Origin: Sporopachydermia quercuum | Lineage: Eukaryota | Reading direction: 5' to 3' | Assembly (NCBI GenBank): GCA_001599295.1 | Contig: BCGN01000008.1 | Location: 868,001-932,000 of the forward strand | DNA length: 64,000 bases | Shown: positions 34,382-47,692 of the stretch, piece by piece | Numbering within the stretch: the first letter of the stretch is position 1 | Layout of the letters: every line of letters begins with the position of its first letter | Program-made: the position numbers and the translations under genes | The notes under the pieces: model-generated | The model's input: the letters and a program-made list of their open reading frames with translations, nothing else | Told to the model about the DNA's origin: nothing | The model's database searches: none

Positions 34382-35027
34382 GACCAGGTCACTCTAGTGA
34401 GCTGAATTCTAATATATTGTTAATATAGATGTGATGATAAAGATAGTTGATCTAATGTTGAAAACAGCATGAAAATGATCTGCTTAATTGTTAATTGTTG
34501 ATTCAATTAAGTAGATAGATCAATGATAAATTGGATAATTCTGAAATAAATATCAACAGTCTCATTACAGGGCATGCAGTTGTAATTATGAAATGTCCAG
34601 AAATATTTCACTTCTTCCCGGACAGACCCGATAATAGGCCAGGTCCTGGTAATCAGGACCCGAAGACGACCCAGGTAATTGTCCACTGTCCGGGGTAAGA
34701 CTATTGAGTCTCGACTCCACTGGGTTTTGGGACAAGCAAATCAAATCAAATCAAATAGGGCATTTAATGAAGTTATGGCTTTTTACCGTTCTACTAATTG
34801 CTAGATTATCATGTTGGCAGAATGTTGTCGTAAGAGTTACACCTTGCTCTCTGACTAAGTGGGTTTCTAGTCACACGATTGGTATTGTTTGAGCGCTGTA
34901 ACATAGTCGTTTCATAGCCGATAGTTGTTTAACAATTCACCGTTGGTACACCTTGGACCTTTGCTATCGAAAGAGCTCTTTTAATTTCTATTTTAACATC
35001 TGTTGATATCATTTGTCATTTCCTACG

Positions 35028-36707
35028 ATGTTCAAATACTCTTTGCCTTTAGCTAGTGCAGGAATTGCGAACTTCTTCTTGGGATTCGGAAGGTCCCATC
35101 CAAGTCATCCAACAGGATCAGAAGTCTCACCGGGTGCCGGTGGGTTCCCTGGTAACAATAATAACAACGATGATGACAAAAAGAAGGATTCAATTAAAAA
35201 TGGCAATTTAGCGGTTGTAGATGAAAACGCACCATCAGTTCCTGCAGTACCTGATGCTTTAGTTAATCCCTCAGGGTTTTTCAAGTATGGATTTCCTGGT
35301 CCCACACATGACTTAGAAATGAAGACAGAGTTTGTTAGTTGTTACGATAGAAGCACTAGAAATCCAAGCTGGGTAAGTTATTCCTTTGCATTTTTGCTGA
35401 TTTTACTGTACGAACTATGTGAAATTGAAGGACGGACTGTTTGTTCAAGATGACAAATGGATGCATCAAAAGAAGTAATGAAAAGATAGTTTGGTGTTGA
35501 TTGAACTCAGTACGCCACTGATATCAATGTGAAAACCAAGAAGAGAGTATGAATTTACATAAGAATTCAAATNCAATGCATTAGAGATGGTAGTATTTAG
35601 AGAATGAGGAAAACAGCTAGAGTGGCACTCTTTTCCATAGGAAAGATATACTAGAACATGTTATGATCCAAATGATTGGGTGAACAACAGTTTGTCTTAA
35701 GCTGAGGGTTATTAAGATTCCTGTACTTTATTCCTTGTGAGTACCATAAGGACAGTATACTATAATAATACTGCTTTGATCTACTTGTGTACTTCCATTT
35801 AATCCTGAATTTCGAATACCTTAGAAATGAAAACTCGATTGATCTGTTTTACTTCTTTCTCAACAACGGTGCACATTGTACCATTTCCTATTCTCTTTTA
35901 ATACTCTTACTAACATACCATAGGTAGTTGAACATATAACACCACAATCCTTGGAGAAAAAGGATTCAGGTGTTGATAGGAAGAAATCCACGTTCTTTGA
36001 AGACGAAGTGATTCCCCAAAAGTTCCGCGCACGTTTAGCTGATTATTTCAGATCGGGTTATGACAGAGGACATCAAGCACCAGCTGCTGATGCTAAGTTC
36101 TCTCAAAAGGCAATGGATGAAACATTTGCATTAACGAATATGTGTCCCCAAGTTGGGGAAGGCTTCAACAGGGATTATTGGTCACATTTTGAGATATTCT
36201 GTAGAGATTTGACCAAAAGTTATAACTCTATCCGCATTGTTACTGGCCCTTTATATTTACCAAGAAAATATCCTGATGGTAAATGGAGGGTATCCTATGA
36301 GTTAATAGGTAATCCACCTAACATTGCAGTTCCCACGTAAGTTTTATCGTTACGGAAATTGAGAATTATATGGGGAATTTGATAAAAAGACATATATCGG
36401 CAAACTAACAATTCATAGGCACTTCTTCAAAGTAATTGTTGCTGAGAGTCCCAAAACCAATCCTAGTTCTGATGCAGTAGCAGTTGGAGCATTTGTTTTA
36501 CCTAATGCACCAATACCAAATGATGTTCCATTGACGGAATTCGCAGTTCCTTTGGATTCAATTGAGAGATCTGCTGGACTTGAATTACTGACCAAATTGC
36601 CTGTGCAGAAAAGGAAGGAATTATGTAAAGAAGTTGACTGCCTGTTAGTTATTAGACAGTTCAACAAAAACAAGGATTTATTAGCATTACCAGCAGCAAA
36701 GAAATAA
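35028..36707 (+). CDS. NUC1: Mitochondrial endonuclease G (3 exons, 348 aa)
   Basis: Exons 35028-35372, 35924-36336 and 36419-36707. Introns 35373-35923 (GTAAGT..TACTAAC..TAG) and 36337-36418 (GTAAGT..AACTAAC..TAG). Junctions give RNPSW|VVEHIT and AVPT|HFFKV. Catalytic motif YDRGHQAPAAD is present. Confidence 0.95.
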
Positions 36708-37158
36708 ACTGAGGACTACATGAAGGTAACAGAAAGTGATCCTGTTGTGATAATGAAAAAAAAATAATTTTTTGTTCTTCATTATGTTGATCATAACTTA
36801 TATTTGCATTTGCATAAACGTATAACCCAGTGCATAAGATTAGATGCTTCAATCAATAGCAGTTGGTTTCATCTGGATCTTATATTCATTGAATGAATTA
36901 GATACATCCTTTTTCAAAGTATTTTCATTCTGTATTATATTGAGTTGGTACTATTTTCTATGAGCTGTAATGTAAATTCAAATCATTCACTGTAGATCAT
37001 ATTTATTTGAGTCGAAAATTCGATCTCCAAATAGAGTTATAGTGATACCGAATAAAGTTATTTTCTGAAATTGAGTTTCATCGAATCTGGACAAATCAAG
37101 AAGATAGTTTAACTTCGTTAGACTATACGAATTGTGAATACACAGAAAATTATTTCTA

Positions 37159-37600
37159 TGACTCAATTGATAGTAATTTCTATATTGAAGAAGAGTTGAT
37201 GTATTAGATTTGGGAACTTTGAGAGTGGACTGATATCAGTGCAATCCACTTTAATCGGTTTCCTATGAAATCAAGGTAGGTTTTCCAGTGCATAAAGTTA
37301 TAACCTTATTAGCATGTACGTAATTCACTCTTTTTGAATCGCTAATCGCTTTTCCTACATACTAATTAAACTGAAAGAGCTGATCCTAGTTGCAGAACTA
37401 AAAAGATTAAATTCTCAATGCTTGACATGAAGTACTGATCTTCTTCAGCTAANTTTACGTACCAATTTCTTGACCGAGTACTCCCACCAGTATTCAAGCA
37501 TTAGTGCTTTGACGTTTAAGGCTACACGAATCTTATGCAATAATCCTAAGCGAATTGAAACTCTAATGAGAATATTCAGATGCAGTTTTCAAATGACTCA
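37159..37600. promoter_or_regulatory. Two Gcn4/AP-1-type TGACTCA sites upstream of PYC
   Basis: TGACTCA at 37159-37165 and 37594-37600, each preceded by A. Confidence 0.45.
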
Positions 37601-38624
37601 CTCGCTTGCTGCCTTAACATAAATAAGAATTTATGTGAATGAAACGGTTCAAACAATTACCTTGTTTTGAGTATTGACTGCCATTGTATTTAGTTGACCC
37701 AGCCAATCTTTGTAAGATCTTTTATAATCAACCGTTCAGATTTATCTTGACTGACTGTGATCTACTTAGTTTCCGATTGAAATATTGTGAAATATGAAAA
37801 CACAGTGTATGCTTTGATAAGTCTAAAATCCTATAAAACTTCACAGAGTACAAGGCAAAAAGAAAGAAAAAGCAAAAGAAAACATGAANCTCAGTGTGTT
37901 TAATGTATATCTATGATGAAACTAGAAATTTTACTAGAAATTTTCAATCATCTTTCTGATTGACTGCTGTCGTAGTATTTCAGTAGATTCCCCGAGAGGG
38001 ATATAGTTGAGGATAAACTTCCATTGTCATGATATAATAGCATCTATAGGCAAACCTTGTTTTATTTAAAGCGATACACATAGGCCTTCTCTGAAGCTAC
38101 ANATTTGACAACTAACAAGAATTATGGCTATATTATGTAATTTATTCAACCCACTCAGAGCTTGCTGGTTTTCACCGGTTTCTACTATTTTTTCTATCAT
38201 CTTTCCCGTCATAGCCGATCCTCCCAGGTCCTATATTAGACTCGTAATTTTATTCTAACTTGACCCAGTGCAAATTAGCTTAAATTATTTTGAGTTAAGA
38301 CGTGAGATTTAAGCTTTGGACCTTTACTTTTAATATCAAACCTTAAGTTGCCTAACAGAATNTGTTATTTTTTTCTTTCATCACCTGTCTCATATCATTC
38401 TACTACACCTTGCCTTGCCTTCTTTCTCTTTATACTATAAATCTACTCCCTGATCCTTCTTTTGAACTGTACTTACTTGAATTAAACGTATTACCGAATT
38501 CTTTAATGGTTTGTCGTTTGTAATTTATTTAGTCCTTGTATCTCATCAGAATTATTTCCGATTTAGATCCCAGCAATCAAATGGTTTCTATTTGACCTGC
38601 TCCAATTGAATAACCAATTAAGAG

Positions 38625-41600
38625 ATGTCCAAAGTCAAGATGGAATCAGAGGATGCTATTATGTCTAATATTAGACATAGTAGCATTATTCTAGATTCAA
38701 TGAATAAAATACTTGGTAAGTAATTCGAATTCTTACTGTTGTTTTTCTAAATGATCATAGTAGTATTCTAATAAATATCTTCATTTATCTAGTTGCCAAT
38801 CGTGGTGAGATCCGTATGTCATGAAAGGTTTAGTTTGGCTTAACTTTGAGTGCTGATTTTCACAGCATTTGAATAGTTAAGATAACCATTATAAGTAAAC
38901 AACATATAAATAGAGATGCTAACCACATGGTTGAAATCGATTGATCATTTGGTGTGCTTACCAACTGATTGATTTATCCTTTGGTTCATTCTTAACAGCT
39001 ATCAGAGTAAGTAATTTCTTGGTGATTTGGTGTGTTAGTAAGTGAACAGCAGAGAAAGAAACAAGGCTCGATTTCATTGGTATAGGAATAAGCTAGATAT
39101 CCATTCAGTAACATCAATGATGATATTATCAATTATGACATTCTAACATATGATGTTCAAATAGATTTTTAGGACTGCTCATGAATTGTCGATGCAAACA
39201 GTTGCAATTTATTCTCATGAGGATAGATTATCAATGCATAGGCTGAGTAAGTATATGTTTGATTGGACAGACCAAAAGTAAGAAAAGGCTAGAATCTGAT
39301 GATGTTAAGAATTTTGCTTGGATTATAATTCAGTGCTGTCGTCATTTCTTTAGGTTTTATTTTTTCCGCTGATTCATCCCTGTTAATGAAGGTTGGAGCA
39401 TGCAGGAGTAGTATCAAGCTTTTTGTATTGCTAGACCATCTGCACCTAAGCGATCAAATCATAAAATATTCAATCGACAAACAGTAACTTTTTAACTTTT
39501 TACACTCACAATGAGCTCTCACGACGAGCGAATTCATTCTAATTATAACATGTTCTTGTTCTTGCCTTGCCTTTCTTGATCTCTAAATGTAACCTTGTCA
39601 AACTGTTACTAACTATTAATAATTTACAGAAGCTGATGAAGCGTATGGATAACTTTGAACCTACATGGCTTGTATTATACCCCGGAAATTTGTATCCATA
39701 TCTAAATAAAACTCAATCTAACATTATTACCAGTTATGTCATTGGAAAGAAAGGCCAGTTCTCTCCTGTTCAAGCTTATCTTCAAATCGATGAGATCATA
39801 AAAATTGCCAAAGCTCATAACGTTAATATGATCCATCCTGGTTATGGATTCTTATCAGAGAATTCTCAATTTGCTAAAAAGGTAGAAGAGGCTGGTATTA
39901 CTTGGATTGGCCCTTCTTATGATATTATTGATGCTGTTGGTGACAAAGTGTCAGCCAGGTGCTTAGCGATTGCTAATGATGTTCCAGTAGTACCAGGAAC
40001 CCCTGGACCAATAGAAACCTTGCAGGAAGCTGAAGAGTTTGTCTCTAAATACGGTTATCCTATTATCATCAAAGCAGCATTTGGCGGTGGTGGCCGAGGC
40101 ATGAGAGTTGTTAATGAACATGAAAATCTGAAAGACTCTTTTCTTAGAGCCTCATCAGAAGCTAAAGCTGCTTTTGGTGATGGTACAGTTTTCATTGAAC
40201 GATTCTTACATAAACCAAAACATATCGAAGTCCAATTGCTAGCAGATAACCATGGTAATGTTATCCACCTGTTTGAAAGAGATTGTTCTGTCCAACGACG
40301 ACATCAGAAAGTTGTTGAAATAGCACCGGCTAAAGATCTACCGATTGAACTACGAAATTCTATTTTATCAGATGCAGTTAAATTAGCGAAGTCTGTCAAT
40401 TATCGTAATGCTGGTACAGCAGAATTTCTTGTTGATACTACAACAAATAAACATTATTTCATTGAAATCAATCCAAGAATTCAAGTAGAACATACAATCA
40501 CTGAGGAAATCACCGGAATTGATATTGTCGCTGCTCAGATTCAAATAGCTGCTGGGGCAACATTATCTCAACTCGGTTTAAATCAAGATAGAATATCTAC
40601 TAGAGGATTCTCTATTCAATGTAGAATCACAACTGAAGATCCATCAAAAGGATTCCAACCAGATACCGGTAAGATTGAGGTTTATAGGTCTGCTGGTGGA
40701 AATGGAGTTCGATTAGATGGCGGGAATGGATTTGCTGGTTCAATCATTTCACCACATTATGATTCAATGCTTGTGAAATGTTCATGTTCTGGTTCCACGT
40801 TTGAAATAACAAGGAGGAAAATGCTTAGATCTTTAGTTGAGTTTCGTATTCGTGGGGTTAAAACTAATATCCCTTTCCTATTAGCTCTATTAACTCATCC
40901 AGTATTCAAATCTGGTAAATGTTGGACCACTTTTATTGATGATACGCCATCATTATTTGAAATGGTGTCATCTAAAAACAGAGCTCAGAAACTGTTGAGT
41001 TATTTGAGTGATTTATGCGTCAATGGCTCATCAATCAAAGGTCAAATTGGCTATCCACAATTAAAGACTGAAGCAGTTCTTCCTCAATTGAATGATCCTA
41101 TCACCAATAAAGAAATCGATGTCAGTATTCCTTGCACTAAAGGTTGGAGGTCATTACTCCTTGAAAAAGGTCCTTCTGAATTTGCTAAAGCAGTTAGAAA
41201 CTATAATGGTTGTCTTATCATGGATACCACTTGGAGAGATGCCCATCAATCACTATTAGCAACGAGAGTTAGAACTATTGACCTTCTAGCAATAGCACCA
41301 ACCACTTCCTATGCTTTATCAAATGCGTTTGCTTTGGAATGCTGGGGTGGTGCTACTTTTGACGTTTCAATGAGATTTTTGCATGAGGATCCGTGGGATC
41401 GACTAAGGAGACTACGTAAACTAGTACCTAATATTCCTTTCCAGATGCTGCTTAGAGGTGCTAATGGTGTGGCTTATTCTTCCTTACCGGATAATGTAAT
41501 TGATCATTTTGTTAGACAGGCAAAGGAAAATGGTATTGATATCTTTAGAGTGTTTGATGCTTTGAACGATATTGAGCAGTTAAAAGTAGGTATCGAAGCA

Positions 41601-43058
41601 GTCAGAAAAGTCGGTGGTGTGATTGAAGCTACCCTTTGTTACTCTGGTGATATTCTGAACCCCCATAAAAAATACAATCTGGAATATTATATTAAGATGG
41701 TTGATAAAATCGTGTCTATTGGTACTCATTTTTTAGGTATCAAAGATATGGCAGGTACTTTAAAACCCGGTGCTGCTAAGCTTCTTATTTCTACAATTAG
41801 AAAGAAGTATCCTGATTTACCTATTCATGTTCATACTCACGATTCTGCTGGAACTGGCGTTGCATCAATGTGTTCAGCAGCTTTCTCTGGAGCTGATATT
41901 GTGGACGCTGCATCGAATTCAATGTCAGGATTAACGTCCCAACCATCAATATCAGCTATAATTGCTTCCTTACAAGGAACTATTGAAACAGGATTATCTC
42001 CACTTTACTTGCAATCAACTGATTCCTATTGGAGCCAAATTAGATTATTATATTCCTGTTTTGAAGCTGATTTGAAAGGCCCTGATCCTGATGTTTATGA
42101 ACATGAAATCCCTGGTGGTCAATTAACCAATTTGATATTCCAAGCCCAACAACTTGGCTTAGGAGATTTGTGGAAGGAAACNAAAAACGCATACAAAGAG
42201 GCCAATGCAATTTTGGGAGACATCATAAAAGTCACACCAACCTCAAAAGTTGTTGGGGACTTGGCCCAATTTATGGTTAGTAATAAATTGAGTGTTGATG
42301 ATGTTATTCGTGGGGCAAATCAATTGGATTTCCCTCAGTCTGTTTTGGATTATCTACAAGGATTAATGGGTAGACCTTATGGTGGATTCCCTGAGCCATT
42401 TAGAACAGAAGTCTTAAACGGCAAAAGAAGACGACTGAATGCCCGTCCTGGATTATCTTTGAAATCATATGATTTCAAGTCGATAAGGTTATCTCTTGAA
42501 AGCAGGTTTAATACAATCACTGAATGTGATATTGCTTCTTATAATATGTATCCGAAAGTTTATGAAGAATATAAGAAGATTGTAGAGAAGTACGGTGATT
42601 TAAGTGTACTTCCTACGAGGTATTTTCTTGCTCCCTTGGAAATTAATGAGGAGATTCAAGTTGAGATTGAACAAGGTAAAACATTGATTATAAAGCTAAT
42701 NGCTATCGGAGAGTTATCAAAGCAAACAGGGAAAAGAGAAGTGTATTTTGAATTGAATGGTGAAATGAGAAAAGTTACAGTTGAAGATAAAAGATCATCA
42801 ATTGAAAACGTTAGCAGAGTTAAAGCTGATATTCATAATCCAAATGAGATTGGAGCACCAATGGCAGGTGTTGTTGTTGAAGTTAGGGTCCATGAGGGTA
42901 GTGAAGTAAAGAAAGGTGATCCCGTCGCAGTTTTAAGTGCAATGAAAATGGAAATGATAATTTCTGCTCCAGTTTCTGGTTTTGTCAACACGTTATCTGT
43001 TAAAGAAGGTGATTCTGTTGATTCGATGGATTTGGTTTGTAAAATTGTTAATGGGTAG
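38625..43058 (+). CDS. PYC1: Pyruvate carboxylase (6 exons, 1179 aa)
   Basis: Exons 38625-38715, 38793-38813, 38999-39006, 39165-39246, 39630-39642 and 39734-43058. Splicing restores [50 protein letters not shown]. Also contains ERDCSVQRRHQK, RDAHQSLLATR and the biotinyl motif AMKM. Confidence 0.97.
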
Positions 43059-44652
43059 AAGAATCTAAATTCGTCTATGTGAGTGTGATGTAATTAGGCT
43101 GGATATTTTGATTGACTTGAGTTTTTGGANTCTACCAACTTGTTAATTATAAATGAATTGATTAGATGATGATTACATATGAACAATTGTCTAAGAAACC
43201 TTCTTTTTTGTCATCTTCCTTTGATTAGTTTGGCGAAGTGTATATGCAGAAATCAGCATAGATAGAGTTAGATGCACAGCATATTGATGTTTCTGTTTGT
43301 TGTTCTTGTTATTAATATATTTGACTCATATATAACTATATTCTTATTTCTTGACATCGATTACGTCTATTGACCATGATTCTCGTACTAAAAACAAAGC
43401 AGTTTATACATATATATATATATGTATAGAAACATCAGTCCGTCGCTTTTCCTTTGTTACCATCATCCCCCTTACCAGAACCAAATTAAGTCCATTATCA
43501 GTTGTCGATGAACGGTACGCAAGGTACACTTGCAACTGACATATGCTTCATTGCTAATGTCCCTTTGCCGGAAGGAATAAATCTTATTAGCACGTTGAAC
43601 AAGATAATAGGAGAGGAAAAAGTGATAGCGTATTAGCAGATAAGAAACTGTTCGTTAATGTTGGTGTTGTGTTGGAGCTGGGCTATTTCAACAGAGACTC
43701 CAATCATCAGGAACAGTCTATTGTTTGGTCCATTAATAAAGAAAGAAACAATATGCCATATAGGAGACGTCATTAGGCAGCCCGTTCCAGGAGTATTATT
43801 CAGATTAAGTCCAAATAATAATCAGCCCAAATTCCCTATCGATAAAAGACAAATGACATATAATTGATTTTGTATTGATAATCAGTCTTAGATTCTAAAT
43901 GATCAAATAGCTGATTTTTGCAAAATAAGTTCAGGAGCTTGGACCAACAGCTATATCGATAGAAGGTTGTCACACAGAAGCAGATATGATAATAGTAAAA
44001 CGATCCTCAAGTTCTTTTATACTATTAGATCAGTTTTAAATATAGCAGTTGCCTAGATATTTCAATGCACGGCAATATTGGGTGTGCCTTTATGATATAC
44101 AGTCAACTAAACGATAGTTTTTCTTCCTAATAATACTGTTCTGTTGCTCACTTTTCATGACTAGACAATATTGCTGCCAAGGTTTTTTCATTAATCTTTC
44201 AAGAGCGCAAATGGTAACAACTACCAGCTTTAATACAAAATTATGATCTCGTATAAATGTCGAAACTTAGTAAAAGAATGATAGATGTCGGCATATATAA
44301 ATACAACATTATCGCAGCTATCATCGACAGGAATCCCAATACTAGCTTTTATCCAATGCTCAGAACAAACCAGCAGACCATATAGGTAAAATCGTCCTAT
44401 CAGTTGATTCTCTCAAATATAGAACTTTCACAAAAGTCTTACTGAAAGATGTGAGCAGTTCGTTCAATAATTGTTCATGCGTACCGAAAAGTAGTAATGG
44501 GTTTTTCCTCAGTTAAGCTAATGATTGCTCAAATCATTAAGCCGTAAACCAATAAATAGTCTTGAGTTTCAAAGATCATTATTCACAGGACTTTTTGTTC
44601 TGCATAATTGAATTGCTTTCTTGGCCTCACTCGTTATAAATTTCATCCTAAT

Positions 44653-45381
44653 TTAACTACCATACATCTTTCTTGGCTTGGGAATTCCACTAGGAGGTCC
44701 CATACTTCCTGCACTACTGGGTTTTGTCCTTCCTTTCGTAACAGCTCTTCCATTTGCAACGGTACGTTTTTGGGTAGGACCTACGACACCTGTGGTTCTA
44801 CCAGTAGAGCTGACATCATTCCCACTAGAACTAAGAGCTTTTCGTCCATAGACTCTNCTCTGCAGGACCTCCTCACGAGCCTTTTTCCGTTCTGAAATCT
44901 CTTGTTGTTTTTGTCGTTTCAACGCTTCTTCAGCTTCTTTCTTCTGTCGCTCTTGTTGTGCAATTGCTTCAATCCGTTGTAGCTCAGCTAAACGTACTTC
45001 ATAGTTCTCATCATCCTTTGTTGCCCCTTGCCAATGGGAATTAGATAATAATTGAGATGTATGCGCAGATTGAGACAAAATCAGAATCCACTGATTCAAA
45101 AGCGTATCAGTGGTTTGAGCTGCCTGCAACATATCTTGTAGATTACCATGCGATTTAGTTATGGCATCCAATACGTTTTCTGTTATGTTATTGACGTCTT
45201 GAAGTTCAAGTAATTCTTTCTCTAATGCCGAATTTCTTGCTTGAGAACAATCATGCGTATTGTCAGGAGCATTTTCAGGTATTCTGCTTGGGGTACCAAT
45301 GGTCAAAGGTATGGAATTTTTCATTGATTCTTTCAATTGAAGTAGAGCTGGTTCAAGCTCTTTCAGTTTATCAGATGACAT
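44653..45381 (-). CDS. DUO1: DASH/Dam1 complex subunit Duo1
   Basis: Duo1-type segment ALEKELLELQDVNNITENV...LLNQWILILSQSAH, followed by a coiled coil and a basic tail. An MCB site (ACGCGT) lies at 45408-45413. The gene is convergent with PYC, as in S. cerevisiae. Confidence 0.82.
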   Translation of the reverse strand: MSSDKLKELEPALLQLKESMKNSIPLTIGTPSRIPENAPDNTHDCSQARNSALEKELLELQDVNNITENVLDAITKSHGNLQDMLQAAQTTDTLLNQWILILSQSAHTSQLLSNSHWQGATKDDENYEVRLAELQRIEAIAQQERQKKEAEEALKRQKQQEISERKKAREEVLQXRVYGRKALSSSGNDVSSTGRTTGVVGPTQKRTVANGRAVTKGRTKPSSAGSMGPPSGIPKPRKMYGS

Positions 45382-46507
45382 TATGACAGAGGGTAGTATT
45401 ATATCTGACGCGTGGAACTACCCATAGAGAGCTCTAATAATACAGNTAGTTTGATGAGCAAAATTCAATAGTCATTAACATAAATACTTCCTATCGTACA
45501 TTATCAAGAACTAAATAGCCAAGTTTAATTGTTGAGNCAGTAAAAACCATTTTAGATCAATTATACTATCAACTTCACTTAAAATTTTCATATCTCAGAT
45601 CATCTGCAAAAGAAAACATTCAATTAACGCGCCGTTAGAAAAGGAGATGTTAAATTGTGTCACTGACATTTCCATACCTACAAATCTTACATTTGTGTCA
45701 TGATATTCTTCTGGNACAGTACAAAACCCAAAGAGTGTTCTGATTAGGAAGGACACCTTTAATCTCTGTCCATTATCGTTCCGATAATAACCGAAATAGT
45801 NATGAAATATTTATACTAAACTCACTTTAGGGATGGAAAACCATAGAATGTTGCTTTATTAGTATAATATACCAAACCTGATAATAAAGAAGGAAGAGTT
45901 GAAATATTGCATAAGAGTCTTATTATATACAGGATTTTCATGGAATAGTAAAGATAATAGTATAATAAGAGGTTAAATCAAGAAAAAAAAGATAAGTAGT
46001 AGTAAAACATTAGAGAGGGAAAAAAGAAGAGAAGCTATTAAGAGTCATTAAGCCTGATATGATTGTGTTTTTTTGTCAATGAACGTAGAGTCTGTCAACG
46101 GCGAAGGAAGGGCGGAACGTTGGTAGGTCTTAATATTTCCTTTGATGCAATGTGTTCTTTGATTGTATATGTAGAAGACCGTTGACTTCGACAAAAGGAT
46201 ATTGGTAACCTACTGCTGATTCACTGATAATCATTTGATATAACCATATCAATGTAATTCATTCAAGATAAAACAAATAATNGTATCATAGATATGACTG
46301 GTGATATAGCTCTCTATAATTTTAAACTATAGTACAGTAAGATAAATTCATGATCAAGAACTATTCCGTGCCGTGTTTCGTTGTGATTGATGTGAAGTGT
46401 TGTGTTGATGTTGTACTGTAAATAAACGTCATTGAAAGAATTGGGTATTTAGTTAAATCCTAATAGCGTTGGTCAGAATCGAGTGTGTAGTTGGTAAATT
46501 ATTATCA

Positions 46508-47692
46508 CTACCTGTATTCATCGTTAATTACCTGTTGGAAACTATCTTCGTATTGATAAAAAGAGCTGGGTTCGTTATGATGTTGACCATTGAGCACATT
46601 TGTGGTGCTATAGTTAAGATCTTCGGCATAGTTACCTATTGGGTTCGTTGATAAATCAATACCATTCAATACAGCCGCTACGCCAACTTCAGGTTCTACT
46701 TCAACTTTGACTTCATTACTGTTAGTTGATGTGTTTAATAATTCATTTGTAAGATTGTCATTCGATACAGATTCTTCTTTCTCGGTGTTATGATCTAGAT
46801 CATGCAATAAATTCTCATGGGTGGCGTTATTGAAATGTACCATTTCTGATACACTATCAGCTAAGTGCAAGTCGTTCAAATCATCACCATTATTGTTTCC
46901 ATTCCCATTATTATTATCAACAACATCATTGCTTCCACTCTCATGCGAATGTCCATTGCCATTGCCCAAAGTATTCTCATCATCTAATCCATTTTCTTTA
47001 CCAGTGAAATCAACAATTTCCTCTGATTTTTCATCCCTCCTAACACGTCGTTTCTGATATTCTCCTTTTTCCTGCCTTACTGCTTGCTGCTGTCTATATT
47101 TAGCTAGATATATCTTCAGCACTTCTGAATAGTTCTCAAATCCTAAATTTGTCATGGCAAATAGAATGTCTTCACCATTAATAGTTTTCCGCTTCTCTGA
47201 TATACATTTGTCTGAAGATTCACTAGTAACAAAACTAATAAACTCTGAAACACACTCTTGCATACATTCTTTAGCATCTTTGCTAACTTTCGCATTAGTT
47301 GGCAATGTTTTCTTCATAATTCTTGCCACATTAGCAATTGGTAACCATCGATCTTGTTCGCGAAGTTCAGTCTCAAAATTAACCAAATTCATCGAACTAT
47401 TGCTATCAACTGTCCCTGGGGTTGGTGTTGATGTAGTAGTGATATTACTATTCTCTTGCAGTAATGAATTATTAGTTGATCCTGATGTTGAAGTCATTTC
47501 CATGACTGCTGAGTGTAACAAAGATGAATGGTCACCATTATTAGCCGAGAAATACTGTGGGATATCCGACGATAATGATTTAAACATCACATCTTGGTTG
47601 CTTATCTCATCGACAGATGTTTCTGACTGGTGGTATAAACGATTCATTGTACAGATATGAGATTGACCGTTGTGGGAGAATAAATATATCAT
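46508..47692 (-). CDS. HAP3: CCAAT-binding factor subunit Hap3 (NF-YB) with long low-complexity extensions
   Basis: Histone-fold segment [18 protein letters not shown]...[18 protein letters not shown]...[11 protein letters not shown]...YLAKYR. Start codon is uncertain (47692 or 47647). Confidence 0.93.
   Translation of the reverse strand: MIYLFSHNGQSHICTMNRLYHQSETSVDEISNQDVMFKSLSSDIPQYFSANNGDHSSLLHSAVMEMTSTSGSTNNSLLQENSNITTTSTPTPGTVDSNSSMNLVNFETELREQDRWLPIANVARIMKKTLPTNAKVSKDAKECMQECVSEFISFVTSESSDKCISEKRKTINGEDILFAMTNLGFENYSEVLKIYLAKYRQQQAVRQEKGEYQKRRVRRDEKSEEIVDFTGKENGLDDENTLGNGNGHSHESGSNDVVDNNNGNGNNNGDDLNDLHLADSVSEMVHFNNATHENLLHDLDHNTEKEESVSNDNLTNELLNTSTNSNEVKVEVEPEVGVAAVLNGIDLSTNPIGNYAEDLNYSTTNVLNGQHHNEPSSFYQYEDSFQQVINDEYR

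Noticed and set aside
34770..34792. TGGCTTTTTACC resembling U5 snRNA loop 1
   Set aside because: It does not match the invariant GCCTTTTAC, and there is no flanking stem or Sm site.
39567..39733. N-termini given by the ORF track for PYC (and likewise PPH3 51316, NUC1 35013, RFT1 48990)
   Set aside because: They run through introns or start at non-ATG codons; the spliced models restore conserved sequence.
43351..43870. Short overlapping ORFs between PYC and DUO1
   Set aside because: No recognisable homology and no consistent splice model.
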